Made by a program: the position numbers and the translations under genes
Part shown: in pieces, positions 18,701 to 30,203 of the stretch
Layout of the letters: every line of letters starts with the position of its first letter
Numbering within the stretch: the first letter of the stretch is position 1
The notes under the pieces: generated by a model
What the model was told of the DNA's origin: nothing
Seen by the model: the letters and a program-made list of their open reading frames with translations, nothing else
Databases searched by the model: none
Source: an uncultured Gammaproteobacteria bacterium
GTDB taxonomy: Bacteria > Patescibacteriota > Microgenomatia > Levybacterales > UBA12049
NCBI GenBank assembly: GCA_964521295.1
Contig: CAZFRF010000001.1
Coordinates: 774,738-838,737 of the forward strand
Reading direction: 5' to 3'
Length of the DNA stretch: 64,000 nt

Positions 18701-18801
18701 TAGTCTCATTATCTTTAGTAAATTTGGGAACAGATGGAATTGCTTTTAATTCCAAAGAAGCAACAGTGGGTAAGCCTAAGTTAATCATAGAATACAAGTA
18801 G
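15742..18801 (+). CDS. membrane-anchored S8 subtilisin-like serine protease with I9 propeptide, inserted beta-propeller and C-terminal beta-sandwich domain
   Basis: GTG start; TM near N-term; catalytic Asp 'AILDTGVDY', His 'HGTHVAG', Ser 'SGTSMAAPH'; ~380 aa between Asp and His with TolB-like repeats. Confidence 0.85.
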   Translation: MEESSFVDNKIASSSNLNNSSVDWLRKNLKFIFPCVLVVFLLFFIGLLLFNKQPNEKIIAVKGVEDSRIKTVGYIVEFKDPPLNNLSRTNESFYSAKEKAADSVLSILNKNAFSLTSNDVNNLKVRAQFSSVLNGIAVDVTEEEAEKIKESPYVKAVYPDREVRVNLYQSVPLMGANRVWELTDQANNNVTGKGVKVAILDTGVDYTNADLGATPLKERSLTKITPKPLFDEFLAYWDHTIAYDKDRLLYPLSNDSVGIYSFKDKKLTKVNLSTPISKPGIDRVFLEGQKIIYMSANSKQMGLFVKDLTTNKTTKISDLGQIGHWATAGNVDYSNGNVIYASRTGSKDAKGRVLYNIYSYDLSAKKQTKLIDNTTSLPAIHVYGKTLIYSLFISKDKGYRIFKIDLNTNKRQVLYVPKAGQLVDFKGDNILYAANAKLGYRSYYLYNLVTKKAQEIHYPADDNSVPNKYYKSESQAWTAFAEPDYPEGFIGDGVVFFETSFISDVGKMAVYDLNNNKYAKINVIIPSSTVTGSGNRICFISSGDLNIYCHVYDPNYNYALPTNLFNSKVVGGYNFIDNSNNPIDDMGHGTHVAGIVGGNGSLKGVAPGVEIVAYKVLDYSGSGSTSKILSAIDAAIATRLDDDQTNDISVLSMSLGAYCDKYDAKCGPNDVLSRAVDRASVNGITSAISAGNDGPYNSSINSPGTARTAITVGAVTKSKQITSYSSRGPVILGDEVIQKPDVLAPGHDICSSLLNGYALPGDERCFDNKHIFMSGTSMAAPHIAGVVALIKQMYSDWTPSEIKNAIMSNADLLVYPANTQGAGFVNVARVFSLFPSPTSTLTPTPTNISNSSVVKTVKTIELQPIADTYVKSDQVNTNFGKGATLIADNDSIAYSYLKFSLNSLKGKTLLKATLQVQVAPGADSESTLSKGIQAYLVNNTSWSEINLNYKTKLKNDKLLATLSGVKESGDVLSFNITSGISGKFGSLVSLSLVNLGTDGIAFNSKEATVGKPKLIIEYK

Positions 18802-18843
18802 AACTTCTTGACTTTTGGATATGTTAAGGTTTAAACTCCGCTT

Positions 18844-19341
18844 ATGAAAGTTGATAAATTAGCCGTAGTAGCTGGTGGAGCATTAATTATTTTTGTAGTA
18901 GCATATTTTATTATGCAGGCCTTGAAGGCCAATCCAAAATTTGGAGGTACATTTGGTACAACTGTTAAGGCAACGCTTACACCAACCCAGGCTCCAGGAC
19001 AAGTTGCAAGTAATAATGGTAAAACTATGACTGCTAATTCTGGAAATATTGTTGTTAATTCTCCTGTCTCAGGTTCCAGCGTAAGCAGTGTTTTTGTGGT
19101 TAAGGGTAGGGCAAGGGTTTTTGAAAATGTTGTAAATTATAGAGTTAGTGATACCAAGTCTAATGTATTACTAGAGGGAAGCGTTTTAGCTAAGTCAAAA
19201 GATGCAGGTCAGTTTGGAGATTTTAATTTTACAATATCGGGATTAACTGGAAAAGGACAAATTATCCTACAACTTTTTGATTACAGTGCTAAAGATGGCT
19301 CTGAAATTGACAAAGTTATTATTCCCCTTAACTTAAATTAA
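18844..19341 (+). CDS. secreted Gmad2-type immunoglobulin-like domain protein
   Basis: N-terminal TM/signal; 'VNSPVSGSSVSSVFVVKGRARVFENVVNYRV...GQFGDFNFTI' matches Gmad2/GerM-associated Ig-like pattern. Confidence 0.55.
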   Translation: MKVDKLAVVAGGALIIFVVAYFIMQALKANPKFGGTFGTTVKATLTPTQAPGQVASNNGKTMTANSGNIVVNSPVSGSSVSSVFVVKGRARVFENVVNYRVSDTKSNVLLEGSVLAKSKDAGQFGDFNFTISGLTGKGQIILQLFDYSAKDGSEIDKVIIPLNLN

Positions 19342-19383
19342 GTTTTAATTGACTCTGTAGATAATTAGTGCAATCATTAATGT

Positions 19384-19851
19384 GTGAATAAAATTATTAA
19401 ATTAATTTTATTGGTGTTAGTTTGTGAGGGGATAGGAATATTGGGTTCTATTTTTACTGTTTCTGCAATTCCAACGTGGTATGCAGGGTTAAATAAGCCA
19501 TTTTTTAGTCCACCAAATTTTGTCTTTGGTCCAGTTTGGACGACTTTATATTTTTTAATGGCTTTAGCGTTGTTTTTGGTTTTAGAACAAAAGTTAAAGA
19601 AAGATAGGCAAAAGATAATTTTTCTATTTTCCCTACAGCTTTTTCTTAATTTTATTTGGTCTTTTATCTTTTTTGGAGCTCAAAATCCCGCCTTAGCATT
19701 CGTAAACATAATAGCGCTTTGGGCTTCAATTGCAATATTAATTTATAAATTCTGGCAACACTCTAAAGTGGCTAGTTTATTGCTGACGCCCTATCTTGCT
19801 TGGGTAAGTTTTGCCTCAGTTCTCAATCTTTTTATTATCATCTTAAACTAA
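19384..19851 (+). CDS. TspO/MBR (tryptophan-rich sensory protein) family
   Basis: 5-TM 155-aa protein, 'FFSPPNFVFGPVWTTLYFLMALA' matches TspO conserved loop/TM2. Confidence 0.7.
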   Translation: MNKIIKLILLVLVCEGIGILGSIFTVSAIPTWYAGLNKPFFSPPNFVFGPVWTTLYFLMALALFLVLEQKLKKDRQKIIFLFSLQLFLNFIWSFIFFGAQNPALAFVNIIALWASIAILIYKFWQHSKVASLLLTPYLAWVSFASVLNLFIIILN

Positions 19852-19852
19852 T

Positions 19853-19881
19853 TTGACAATTAAAAAAAATAGGACTAGAAT
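19853..19881 (+). promoter_or_regulatory. consensus-like promoter TTGACA-17-TAGAAT directly abutting ORF start (leaderless configuration)
   Basis: TTGACA 19853-19858, TAGAAT 19876-19881; TTG at 19885 / ATG at 19894. Confidence 0.45.
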
Positions 19882-19884
19882 TTC

Positions 19885-20079
19885 TTGTGGAATATGGCAG
19901 TTCAAAAATTAGAATTAAGCGGTAGAGAAGGTATCCATTCGGTAATTGGTTATCCAACTGTAGAAACACCAATTAGGCCAATTGTATTTGAGCCTCATCA
20001 TCAAACAAGAGGCATAGAAGCTGCATTTAGAAGATGGGATTTAGCTCATGCACCTAAAAAACCACACTCGCACCATTAA
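19885..20079 (+). CDS. small hypothetical protein (61-64 aa; likely starts at ATG 19894)
   Basis: ORF immediately after promoter; His-rich C-terminus 'KKPHSHH'. Confidence 0.35.
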   Translation: MWNMAVQKLELSGREGIHSVIGYPTVETPIRPIVFEPHHQTRGIEAAFRRWDLAHAPKKPHSHH

Positions 20080-20082
20080 ATA

Positions 20083-20110
20083 TTGACATCCTCTTAGTAT
20101 TAAATATAAT
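20083..20110 (+). promoter_or_regulatory. promoter TTGACA-16-TATAAT, 7 nt upstream of ATG 20118 (leaderless)
   Basis: TTGACA 20083-20088, TATAAT 20105-20110. Confidence 0.45.
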
Positions 20111-20117
20111 TACCCTC

Positions 20118-20522
20118 ATGACACCAGATAATGAAAAAAAAGTTGGAAAAGTTCCAGTAGATGAAAAGGTTAGGATAATTCAGGAAAGAATACAGCCAGT
20201 TATAGTTAGAGAAGAGCAGGTTCAGGCTTATTCAAGCGGTGGATTAAGGACTGGTTTCGAGGTCTGTCAAGTAGCTGGGGCTGGAGAATCATTCGTAAGG
20301 TATTCATGGGAAAGAGGATATAGATCTGCAGGTACATATATTCTGGAAGATGCAATATTACAGCCTGGTTATGTTGGGCTATATATTAGAAATATTGATA
20401 ACGTTGGTTTAGATAATTCTAAGGTTGCAACCCACTCGGATTGGAGTAGGTTAAGAAGGGCAGTGAAGGGGCGTTTGCGTCATGCTGGTTTTAGTCAACA
20501 AATGCCTGGGTTTAGATTTTAG
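20118..20522 (+). CDS. hypothetical protein (134 aa), Arg/Gly-rich, GC-elevated
   Basis: ORF with leaderless promoter; no family recognised. Confidence 0.4.
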   Translation: MTPDNEKKVGKVPVDEKVRIIQERIQPVIVREEQVQAYSSGGLRTGFEVCQVAGAGESFVRYSWERGYRSAGTYILEDAILQPGYVGLYIRNIDNVGLDNSKVATHSDWSRLRRAVKGRLRHAGFSQQMPGFRF

Positions 20523-20541
20523 TTTGATATAATTTATTTAG

Positions 20542-21015
20542 ATGATTAATTGCATTTTTGAAGATGGTGGTAAGGGTAGTCTTAGGCATGTTACGGTTAA
20601 TGCATTGATTTTTAAAGATAATAAGATTCTATTAGCGAAAAGAGCAGCGAATTTATCTAATCCAGGGAAATGGGGTTTAATTGGTGGCTTTGTAGGTAGA
20701 GATGAAGTGATATCAGTTGCTATTGCAAGGGAAATTTTTGAAGAGACTGGTTTACGAATTGTAAATTTACAATTTTTATTTATAGTAGATAATCCAAATA
20801 GGGCAAAGGAGGATAGGCAAAATATTTGTTTTATCTATAGTTGTGATGCGGGCGAAAAAGAAGGCGAGCCAGATAAAGAGTCCACGGAAATTAGATGGTT
20901 CAATCTTCATGAGCTTCCCTCTGATCAAGAAATAGCTTTTGATCATTCTGAAATTATTCAATTTTATTTAAAAAATAAAGATAATCCTCAAAATTTATTA
21001 TTTAAATCTTCCTAA
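20542..21015 (+). CDS. NUDIX hydrolase
   Basis: Nudix box 'GGFVGRDEVISVAIAREIFEETGL' (Gx5Ex7REUxEExGU). Confidence 0.8.
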   Translation: MINCIFEDGGKGSLRHVTVNALIFKDNKILLAKRAANLSNPGKWGLIGGFVGRDEVISVAIAREIFEETGLRIVNLQFLFIVDNPNRAKEDRQNICFIYSCDAGEKEGEPDKESTEIRWFNLHELPSDQEIAFDHSEIIQFYLKNKDNPQNLLFKSS

Positions 21016-21022
21016 GCACGAC

Positions 21023-21051
21023 TTGACACTTATCTAGCCTTGTGATAATAT
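21023..21051 (+). promoter_or_regulatory. putative rRNA operon promoter (TTGACA-17-TAATAT with TG extended -10)
   Basis: TTGACA 21023-21028; 'tgTGaTAATAT' 21041-21051. Confidence 0.45.
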
Positions 21052-21222
21052 CGATCTTGTGAATGAATCTAACCCAAAGTTTGCTTTGGAGTTACGAGGA
21101 AATTACTTTATGATGACACTAAAGACAATAACTTTTTTAAACCTTAAGGGTTTTTAGTGACTTCTTAAAATTTTCCTCAAAAACAATTCATCAGTAAAAT
21201 TTTTTTCGTGGATGGCGAGGCA

Positions 21223-21295
21223 TGGGCCCGAAGTTTACCCGGTTGAACGCCTCATTTGCAATGAGGAGGTAGGGAGTTCGACTCTCCTCGGGTCC
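21223..21295 (+). tRNA. tRNA-Ala (anticodon UGC)
   Basis: Manual fold: acceptor gggcccg/cgggtcc with G3:U70 Ala identity pair, D-stem gttt/gaac, anticodon stem cctca/tgagg, loop 'tttgcaa' (anticodon tgc), T-arm gggag-ttcgact-ctcct; CCA not encoded. Confidence 0.85.
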
Positions 21296-21389
21296 ACAAG
21301 TGTTTTATTTATTTGCGCGTAGCGCTTTCCAGTATGCTCTGGACGCTACCCGCAAATAAGTAAGAGTTGGCTCTTTAAAAAGTGAAGAG

Positions 21390-24640
<3,251 letters not shown>

Positions 24641-24698
24641 ATTAAATTTTTCTTATCTTCACCTTTTAGAGGGCCAAATTTACTTAATTGAAATTTTT

Positions 24699-24812
24699 CC
24701 CGGTGTTTTTAGCGAAGCGGCACCACCTCTTCCCATTCCGAACAGAGAAGTGAAACGCTTCAGCGCCTACGATACTGAGCATGGGCTCGTGGACAATAGG
24801 TCAATGCCGGGA
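24699..24812 (+). rRNA. rrf: 5S ribosomal RNA
   Basis: 'ccaccucuucccauuccgaacagagaagugaaacgcuucagcgccuacgauacug' 5S loop B/C-helix III consensus; helix I cccggug/...gccggg; T-run after. Confidence 0.8.
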
Positions 24813-24842
24813 TTTTTTATGGTAAAGTGACACGTCCTATAG

Positions 24843-24871
24843 TTGACAAATTAGCCTCAAAAGACTATAAT
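24843..24871 (+). promoter_or_regulatory. perfect consensus promoter TTGACA-17-TATAAT, 8 nt upstream of ATG 24880 (leaderless)
   Basis: TTGACA 24843-24848; TATAAT 24866-24871. Confidence 0.5.
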
Positions 24872-24879
24872 TATCGTTT

Positions 24880-25620
24880 ATGGAAGCACGAAGAAGACCT
24901 GATGCGTCACACATTATTCAGACGAATGCAATTTTGAATGGATTAACTCCTGAGGTGGTTACGGGAAAAGATCTAAATCATTTTGTGGTTGCCGTTAGAG
25001 ATGAGATCTCTGCGCAATTGGCCGAGAGTGGTTTTAGACAAACTGAAATAGCTAGAATGCTTGGAAAAGGATGTAGCTCTTCTGTTTCTACAGGGATAAG
25101 ACGAGCTTTATCTAGAAGATTTGTAGTAGATGGGGCGCCACGACCAAGTGATGTGCCTACAGTTTATTTGCCCATTGCTCATTTAGGGGGACCAGAAGTG
25201 AATTTTGAAGCAATTGTTGAACAGAGAAAGAAAAGAGAGCTTAGAAAAGAAAAAGCTAGACAAAACAAGGAAAAAATATTGCAAGCCCGTGAGAAAAGAA
25301 GGCAAGAGGCAATAGTAAATGAAGCCTTTGTCATGGTTACTATTCCAATAGTTGCTGAGCATTATGGGGTAGAGCCTGAAGCTATTATTTCTGAAAAAAG
25401 ACCGAAAGTATTAGTTCATCCAAGACAAGCAATCTTATATATTCTTTCTAAAGAAACCACTTTAAGCATGAAGCAAATAGCGGAATTAGTTGGAAAAAGT
25501 GACCATACTGTTGTTTTGCATGCAATCGAAAGAACAGAGGCTCATCTCGCTAATGATGAGCATTTCCAAAAAAGAATGGATAAGTTAATTGAGGAAATAA
25601 GACAAGCAGCTTCTAGCTAA
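24880..25620 (+). CDS. DnaA domain IV-only (DnaA C-terminal HTH) protein with Arg/Lys-rich coiled-coil linker
   Basis: C-terminus 'RPKVLVHPRQAILYILSKETTLSMKQIAELVGKSDHTVVLHAIERTE' aligns with DnaA box-binding domain 'ARPRQIAMYLAKELTxxSLPEIGxxFGGRDHTTVLHACRKIE'; no AAA+ motifs; GC and Arg content atypical for locus. Confidence 0.6.
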   Translation: MEARRRPDASHIIQTNAILNGLTPEVVTGKDLNHFVVAVRDEISAQLAESGFRQTEIARMLGKGCSSSVSTGIRRALSRRFVVDGAPRPSDVPTVYLPIAHLGGPEVNFEAIVEQRKKRELRKEKARQNKEKILQAREKRRQEAIVNEAFVMVTIPIVAEHYGVEPEAIISEKRPKVLVHPRQAILYILSKETTLSMKQIAELVGKSDHTVVLHAIERTEAHLANDEHFQKRMDKLIEEIRQAASS

Positions 25621-25642
25621 AATTTGTGCTATATTTAGATTA

Positions 25643-27379
25643 ATGTTATCTAAAAAAGTACTGATTGGTTTTATCCCTGTTGTTTTAATAATTCTTCTGG
25701 CTTCATTTTTACGTTTTATTTGGGTAGATAAGGTCCCTAACGCTGTTGGAGGAGATGAGATTGTATATCTAGTTACAGCCAAGGCTTCATTTTTAACAGG
25801 CCATGATATTTTTCAAAAATGGTCACCCATAAACGGTTTATTTTTTAAGTATCCTAAAGGCGAAACTCAAGCAGAGCTTCCTTATATTATTGATTCATTC
25901 TTTGTCGGGCCAATGCCTTTTTCTCTTTTAATAGCACATCTACCTACGGCTATTATGAGTACTTTAATGGCATTATTTGTCTATTTAGTTACTAAAGAGC
26001 TATTGGGAAGGAGAGCGGGTATTTTTGCAGGTTTAATAGCTGCAGTAAATCCTTGGTTTATATATATTGGCAGAACTGCCTATGAGGGAACTCCAGCTAT
26101 GCTTTTTTTCTTGGTTGGGTTTTGGGTTCTTCTTAAAACAAAAGGGTGGAGGATTCTTCTTTCATTTCCCTTTTTTGTTTTGGCGTTTTATTCTTATATA
26201 GCGACTAAGCTTATTTTCTTGCCTTTAATTTTAGTATTTATTGCTTATACGTATCTTTATATTACAAATAAGAAGTATTTTAAGCAGTATTTAGTGTTAT
26301 TCTTGCTGTGTATTGGTTTAGTTGGATTCTTCTTTGTTTCTTTGAAGATGAATCCATCTACTGCAAGGCTTTCTGAAATCCTAACTCCCTTTGATCCAGC
26401 AATTACTAATGAGGTAAATGCTATTAGAAAGACATCTATTTATAATCCCTTAACTGAAATCTTAACTAATAAGTATACGGTGTTTGCGAATATTCTGTTT
26501 ACAAAAACTTTGAAAAGTTTTGCCGCTGATTATTTATTTGTTAATGGAGATGAGTTTTTCTCAATATGGAGGCATGGTATGTTTTATTATATTGACGCTC
26601 TATTTATGTTACTTGGTCTACTTTTTATGTTCAGTAAAAAAAGACCTGTTTTTAGTTTGTTTTCTTTACTTATTTTAATAGGAATTATTCCACAAGTGTT
26701 TCATAAGGCTGATACAGTTAATTTTGTAATTCATATGACAATGTCAATTGTTTTTATGGTTATATTGATAGGTTACGGAATCTCCGAAACGATAGAATAT
26801 TTTAAAAATAAAAAAGTAAAGCTTTTTGCATCGCTTATAATTATGGCTTTATATGTTATTTCTGTAGTTAATTTTTTCAATATATATATTTTTTGGAGTT
26901 CGCTCCAAGGGTATTTTGATTTTAAGATAAGAACATTGTCTTCATACGCGGTTAGAGCAGAACAAAAAGGACAACAGGTCTATGTTTACTCCAACGCCTC
27001 GTTTGATTTTTTTAAGAAATATATGTTTTATTCTAATGTCTACACTAAAGATTCAGCACAAACTATAGCTAATAATTTAAATAATGATAAATATACATTT
27101 GGTAATGTTACTTTTGTTTCGTGTAATAAGCCTGTGCCATTTGAGAAAACTAATAACGTAGTAATTTTTGATAATCAATGTGGTCCAGGACTTGTGTCCG
27201 GAAGTCATTTGAGTATCGCTTTTCTTAAGGACGGAGGAGAAGTGTTTCAAATATATAATGATAAAGTTTGCATAGGCGCAGGGTTAAGTAGGTATGCAAG
27301 TGGAATTAAATTAGCAGATTTTAATATGGAATCGTTGTCAAATAAAACTTTTTGTGAGAAATTTATTACTTCTCTTTAA
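25643..27379 (+). CDS. GT-C fold glycosyltransferase, GT39/GT83 (PMT/ArnT)-like
   Basis: 11-13 TM; first periplasmic loop 'GGDEIVYL' (DE motif) as in PMT/ArnT family; C-terminal soluble domain. Confidence 0.65.
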   Translation: MLSKKVLIGFIPVVLIILLASFLRFIWVDKVPNAVGGDEIVYLVTAKASFLTGHDIFQKWSPINGLFFKYPKGETQAELPYIIDSFFVGPMPFSLLIAHLPTAIMSTLMALFVYLVTKELLGRRAGIFAGLIAAVNPWFIYIGRTAYEGTPAMLFFLVGFWVLLKTKGWRILLSFPFFVLAFYSYIATKLIFLPLILVFIAYTYLYITNKKYFKQYLVLFLLCIGLVGFFFVSLKMNPSTARLSEILTPFDPAITNEVNAIRKTSIYNPLTEILTNKYTVFANILFTKTLKSFAADYLFVNGDEFFSIWRHGMFYYIDALFMLLGLLFMFSKKRPVFSLFSLLILIGIIPQVFHKADTVNFVIHMTMSIVFMVILIGYGISETIEYFKNKKVKLFASLIIMALYVISVVNFFNIYIFWSSLQGYFDFKIRTLSSYAVRAEQKGQQVYVYSNASFDFFKKYMFYSNVYTKDSAQTIANNLNNDKYTFGNVTFVSCNKPVPFEKTNNVVIFDNQCGPGLVSGSHLSIAFLKDGGEVFQIYNDKVCIGAGLSRYASGIKLADFNMESLSNKTFCEKFITSL

Positions 27380-28092
27380 TTAACTTTTTTTGCAACAACC
27401 ACGCAGTAGGTGAATAGATCTTTTCCTCCAAAGTAAAACTTTGTTACTTTGAACCCGCACTCTTTCAAAAGAACTTCAACTTGTTTTCGAGACTGAATCA
27501 AGGATACTTCATCTGGATGAAGTCTAATTTTTCTTCTTAAAATATCATTTAAGACAAAATGTAAAGTGTTTAAGAATATAACTGACATTCCATATCTTGG
27601 TGGCCAGAATAATACTAATTTTCCATTTGTTTTTAAAATTCGGTGAAATTCTTTGAATACTTTAGTATTTTCAGATCCAGTAAAATGTTCGTGAACTCCC
27701 AGATTATAAATTCCCTCAAAAGTGTTAGCTTTAGTTGGAATGTCAAAAATACTAGCTTTTAGGGTTTTAGCAGATTGACCATTGTTTACTTTGTAAAGTT
27801 TTAAGGCTTGAGCTGAGATATCTAGGGCTGTGATGTCAAAATTTTTCTGTAAGTCTAAATCAACTTGTCCTGCGCCAGAGCCTGCATGTAAAAGAGTAGA
27901 TCCTTTTTTGAATTCCTGATTAATAAAATAATTTAGCGCGTTTTTAATGATGTAAAGTCTGTAGAATGAGGCAATTACTCTGTAGATTGATTGTGAAGTA
28001 GTTTTTTTCTTCGTCCAATACTTATCCCATTCTTGTTCTTCATTTTTAGCTTTGATTTTTGACATTCCAAGATTATAAAATATTTTCTGCAA
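27376..28092 (-). CDS. class I SAM-dependent methyltransferase
   Basis: Motif I 'LLHAGSGAGQVDLDL', motif post-I acidic 'ALDIS'. Confidence 0.75.
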   Translation of the reverse strand: MQKIFYNLGMSKIKAKNEEQEWDKYWTKKKTTSQSIYRVIASFYRLYIIKNALNYFINQEFKKGSTLLHAGSGAGQVDLDLQKNFDITALDISAQALKLYKVNNGQSAKTLKASIFDIPTKANTFEGIYNLGVHEHFTGSENTKVFKEFHRILKTNGKLVLFWPPRYGMSVIFLNTLHFVLNDILRRKIRLHPDEVSLIQSRKQVEVLLKECGFKVTKFYFGGKDLFTYCVVVAKKVN

Positions 28093-28097
28093 AACTA

Positions 28098-30203
28098 CTA
28101 GTGGAATTTTAGAGTTGAAATAATATTATCAAATAGTCTTAAGTTATCTGAGTTGGCTGGATGGACTACGGCTTTTATTAAGTCATTTTCATAAAATAAG
28201 TAAAAAAGATAGGTGGATTCATTGTTAAATATTTTTACATAAGCAAAAGACGTATTAGGAATTTCAGCTTTACCTTCTTTAATTAGGGGTCCATAGGCTG
28301 ATTTATCGGTTGAAATTATTGATTCATAGTTTGGCGCTGATTTTAGTGCAATGTGTTCTAAATAAATACTTAATCCAGTTTTAGGATTAGTTAAAGTTAG
28401 ATTATCCTTTTCTTCTGTAACTGTTAATTCTGTAGGGTAGGTTAAGCTAAATTTAGAGTTATTTTGGCTTTGTAGGTTTAAAATATTTTTTATAATTTCT
28501 ATTTGAGAGTTAGGGAATTTTTCAAATAGCGTTTTATATTTAAGTTGATTATTAATTATTTTGTGACTCGGACTAATTGGTTTTTGACTAATCTTAAAAG
28601 TGATACCATTGTCGATTAGAAAATAATCTCCTAATTTACAGTAATTTATATTGCAAGTTTTAAATATGTCAGGCGCATAATTTAAAATATAGCTTTTATC
28701 AATATAGAAGCTTTTATTAGGATTTTCTTTAATTAATCTAATAAGAATATCTGTTTGATTATTTTTATTTGATTTTAGGATTATTTGTTCTAAGCTAGTT
28801 GATGTTTGAATGTTTTGACCTTTGGAAATATTTTGCCTATACCACTTAAAATCGTAATAAAAATTACCTATTAATGGAAAAATATCTGGTCGGGTTTTAC
28901 TTACGAATTTAGCGTATGCAGTTTGACCTTCAAATATATTCCCTCCGCCAATTAGAATTGCATTATTAGCTATCCCTGAATAGAGATTTGCAATATACGT
29001 TGAGGTAATATTATTGCTGGCTCTATTTAAATAATTGAACCAAAAAAATAAGGGGAGTAGGGAGATGGTGATGGCAAAGAAAATTAATAGCTTTTCAGGA
29101 AGTTGGGGTATTTTGGAATAAGTTTTACTCGCTAAGTTATTGATTGCAACGCCAAAGAATAATGCTAAAGCAATAAAACTAGGCAAGAACCAATATTCTT
29201 GATTTCCGGAGATATATAAAATTCCCAAAATTGAACTCGTTAACAAGATTGAAATTAGCATTAGTAGTAATGATGTTCTATTTTTTAAGCTAAGCATGCC
29301 AATTGCTGATAATAGTAGGAGTAATGGATTGAACTGAATTAATAGTATTTCAAAATAGTGTGATAGGGTTTTTAATAAGATTTTAAAGTTAAGCGTAAAT
29401 CCAATTATTTCTGTGCTTTCGCTTTTTGAAACAAAACCCTTCCCGCTCATTACATCCCAAATTGAGCTTAGGGTTGTAGGATTGCCAAAATTTAAATAAG
29501 GATTTTGTTGTGCGCGTAGAGGTAGGTATAGGTATAGAAGAGTCGTAATAATAAGTATTATGAGAATATTTGAAAGTATGAATTTTTTATTTTTAATTAA
29601 TACATCTTTAAAAAATAAAGCAAAAATAGCTATTGGGATTAAAGAGAAGACTATGATTGGATTAAGCCCGGATCCAATTCCCAAAACAATGCTAATGATG
29701 AGTATCATTTTTTTTATTTTTTGATTAAATTTATAATCATTTTTAATGATTAATTCTCTTGTTTTAAGTAGTAAGAATAAGATTAAAAATATAAAGGTAA
29801 TTGTCAGGGGGAAGGATTCGATGTTAATTGTGCCAGACCAAAATTGATAAGAAAAAGCAACAGAAACTGTGGTGATAAATGCAGCTAGATTAGTGAATTG
29901 ATTAATATTTTTGCCACATAAGAGTTTAACACTCAAAAATATTAAAGTTAAAGTTATACATGAGGCAAGTATAGATATTAAATATAAATTTGTATTTAGA
30001 GAAAAAGGGAGTTTGGTAAATAAATATCCAATGATTAAGTAAGTAGGATAGCCTGGAGGCAAAGGAATTGCCAGATCAACAACTGCAGCAGAGAATAATC
30101 CAGAATCGGCAAATCCGTTTTCTCTTGAAAACGTAAGTAGATAGATAGCAAGAGGGATAAATACGCTAGCAATTAAATAAATATTTATTTTTATATTTCT
30201 CAT
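28098..30203 (-). CDS. DUF2723/TMEM260-like polytopic membrane protein (putative GT-C glycosyltransferase)
   Basis: 701 aa, ~12 TM N-terminal half with 'FADSGLFSAAVVDLAIPLPPGYPTYL' loop typical of DUF2723, Asn-rich C-terminal soluble half. Confidence 0.45.
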   Translation of the reverse strand: MRNIKINIYLIASVFIPLAIYLLTFSRENGFADSGLFSAAVVDLAIPLPPGYPTYLIIGYLFTKLPFSLNTNLYLISILASCITLTLIFLSVKLLCGKNINQFTNLAAFITTVSVAFSYQFWSGTINIESFPLTITFIFLILFLLLKTRELIIKNDYKFNQKIKKMILIISIVLGIGSGLNPIIVFSLIPIAIFALFFKDVLIKNKKFILSNILIILIITTLLYLYLPLRAQQNPYLNFGNPTTLSSIWDVMSGKGFVSKSESTEIIGFTLNFKILLKTLSHYFEILLIQFNPLLLLLSAIGMLSLKNRTSLLLMLISILLTSSILGILYISGNQEYWFLPSFIALALFFGVAINNLASKTYSKIPQLPEKLLIFFAITISLLPLFFWFNYLNRASNNITSTYIANLYSGIANNAILIGGGNIFEGQTAYAKFVSKTRPDIFPLIGNFYYDFKWYRQNISKGQNIQTSTSLEQIILKSNKNNQTDILIRLIKENPNKSFYIDKSYILNYAPDIFKTCNINYCKLGDYFLIDNGITFKISQKPISPSHKIINNQLKYKTLFEKFPNSQIEIIKNILNLQSQNNSKFSLTYPTELTVTEEKDNLTLTNPKTGLSIYLEHIALKSAPNYESIISTDKSAYGPLIKEGKAEIPNTSFAYVKIFNNESTYLFYLFYENDLIKAVVHPANSDNLRLFDNIISTLKFH

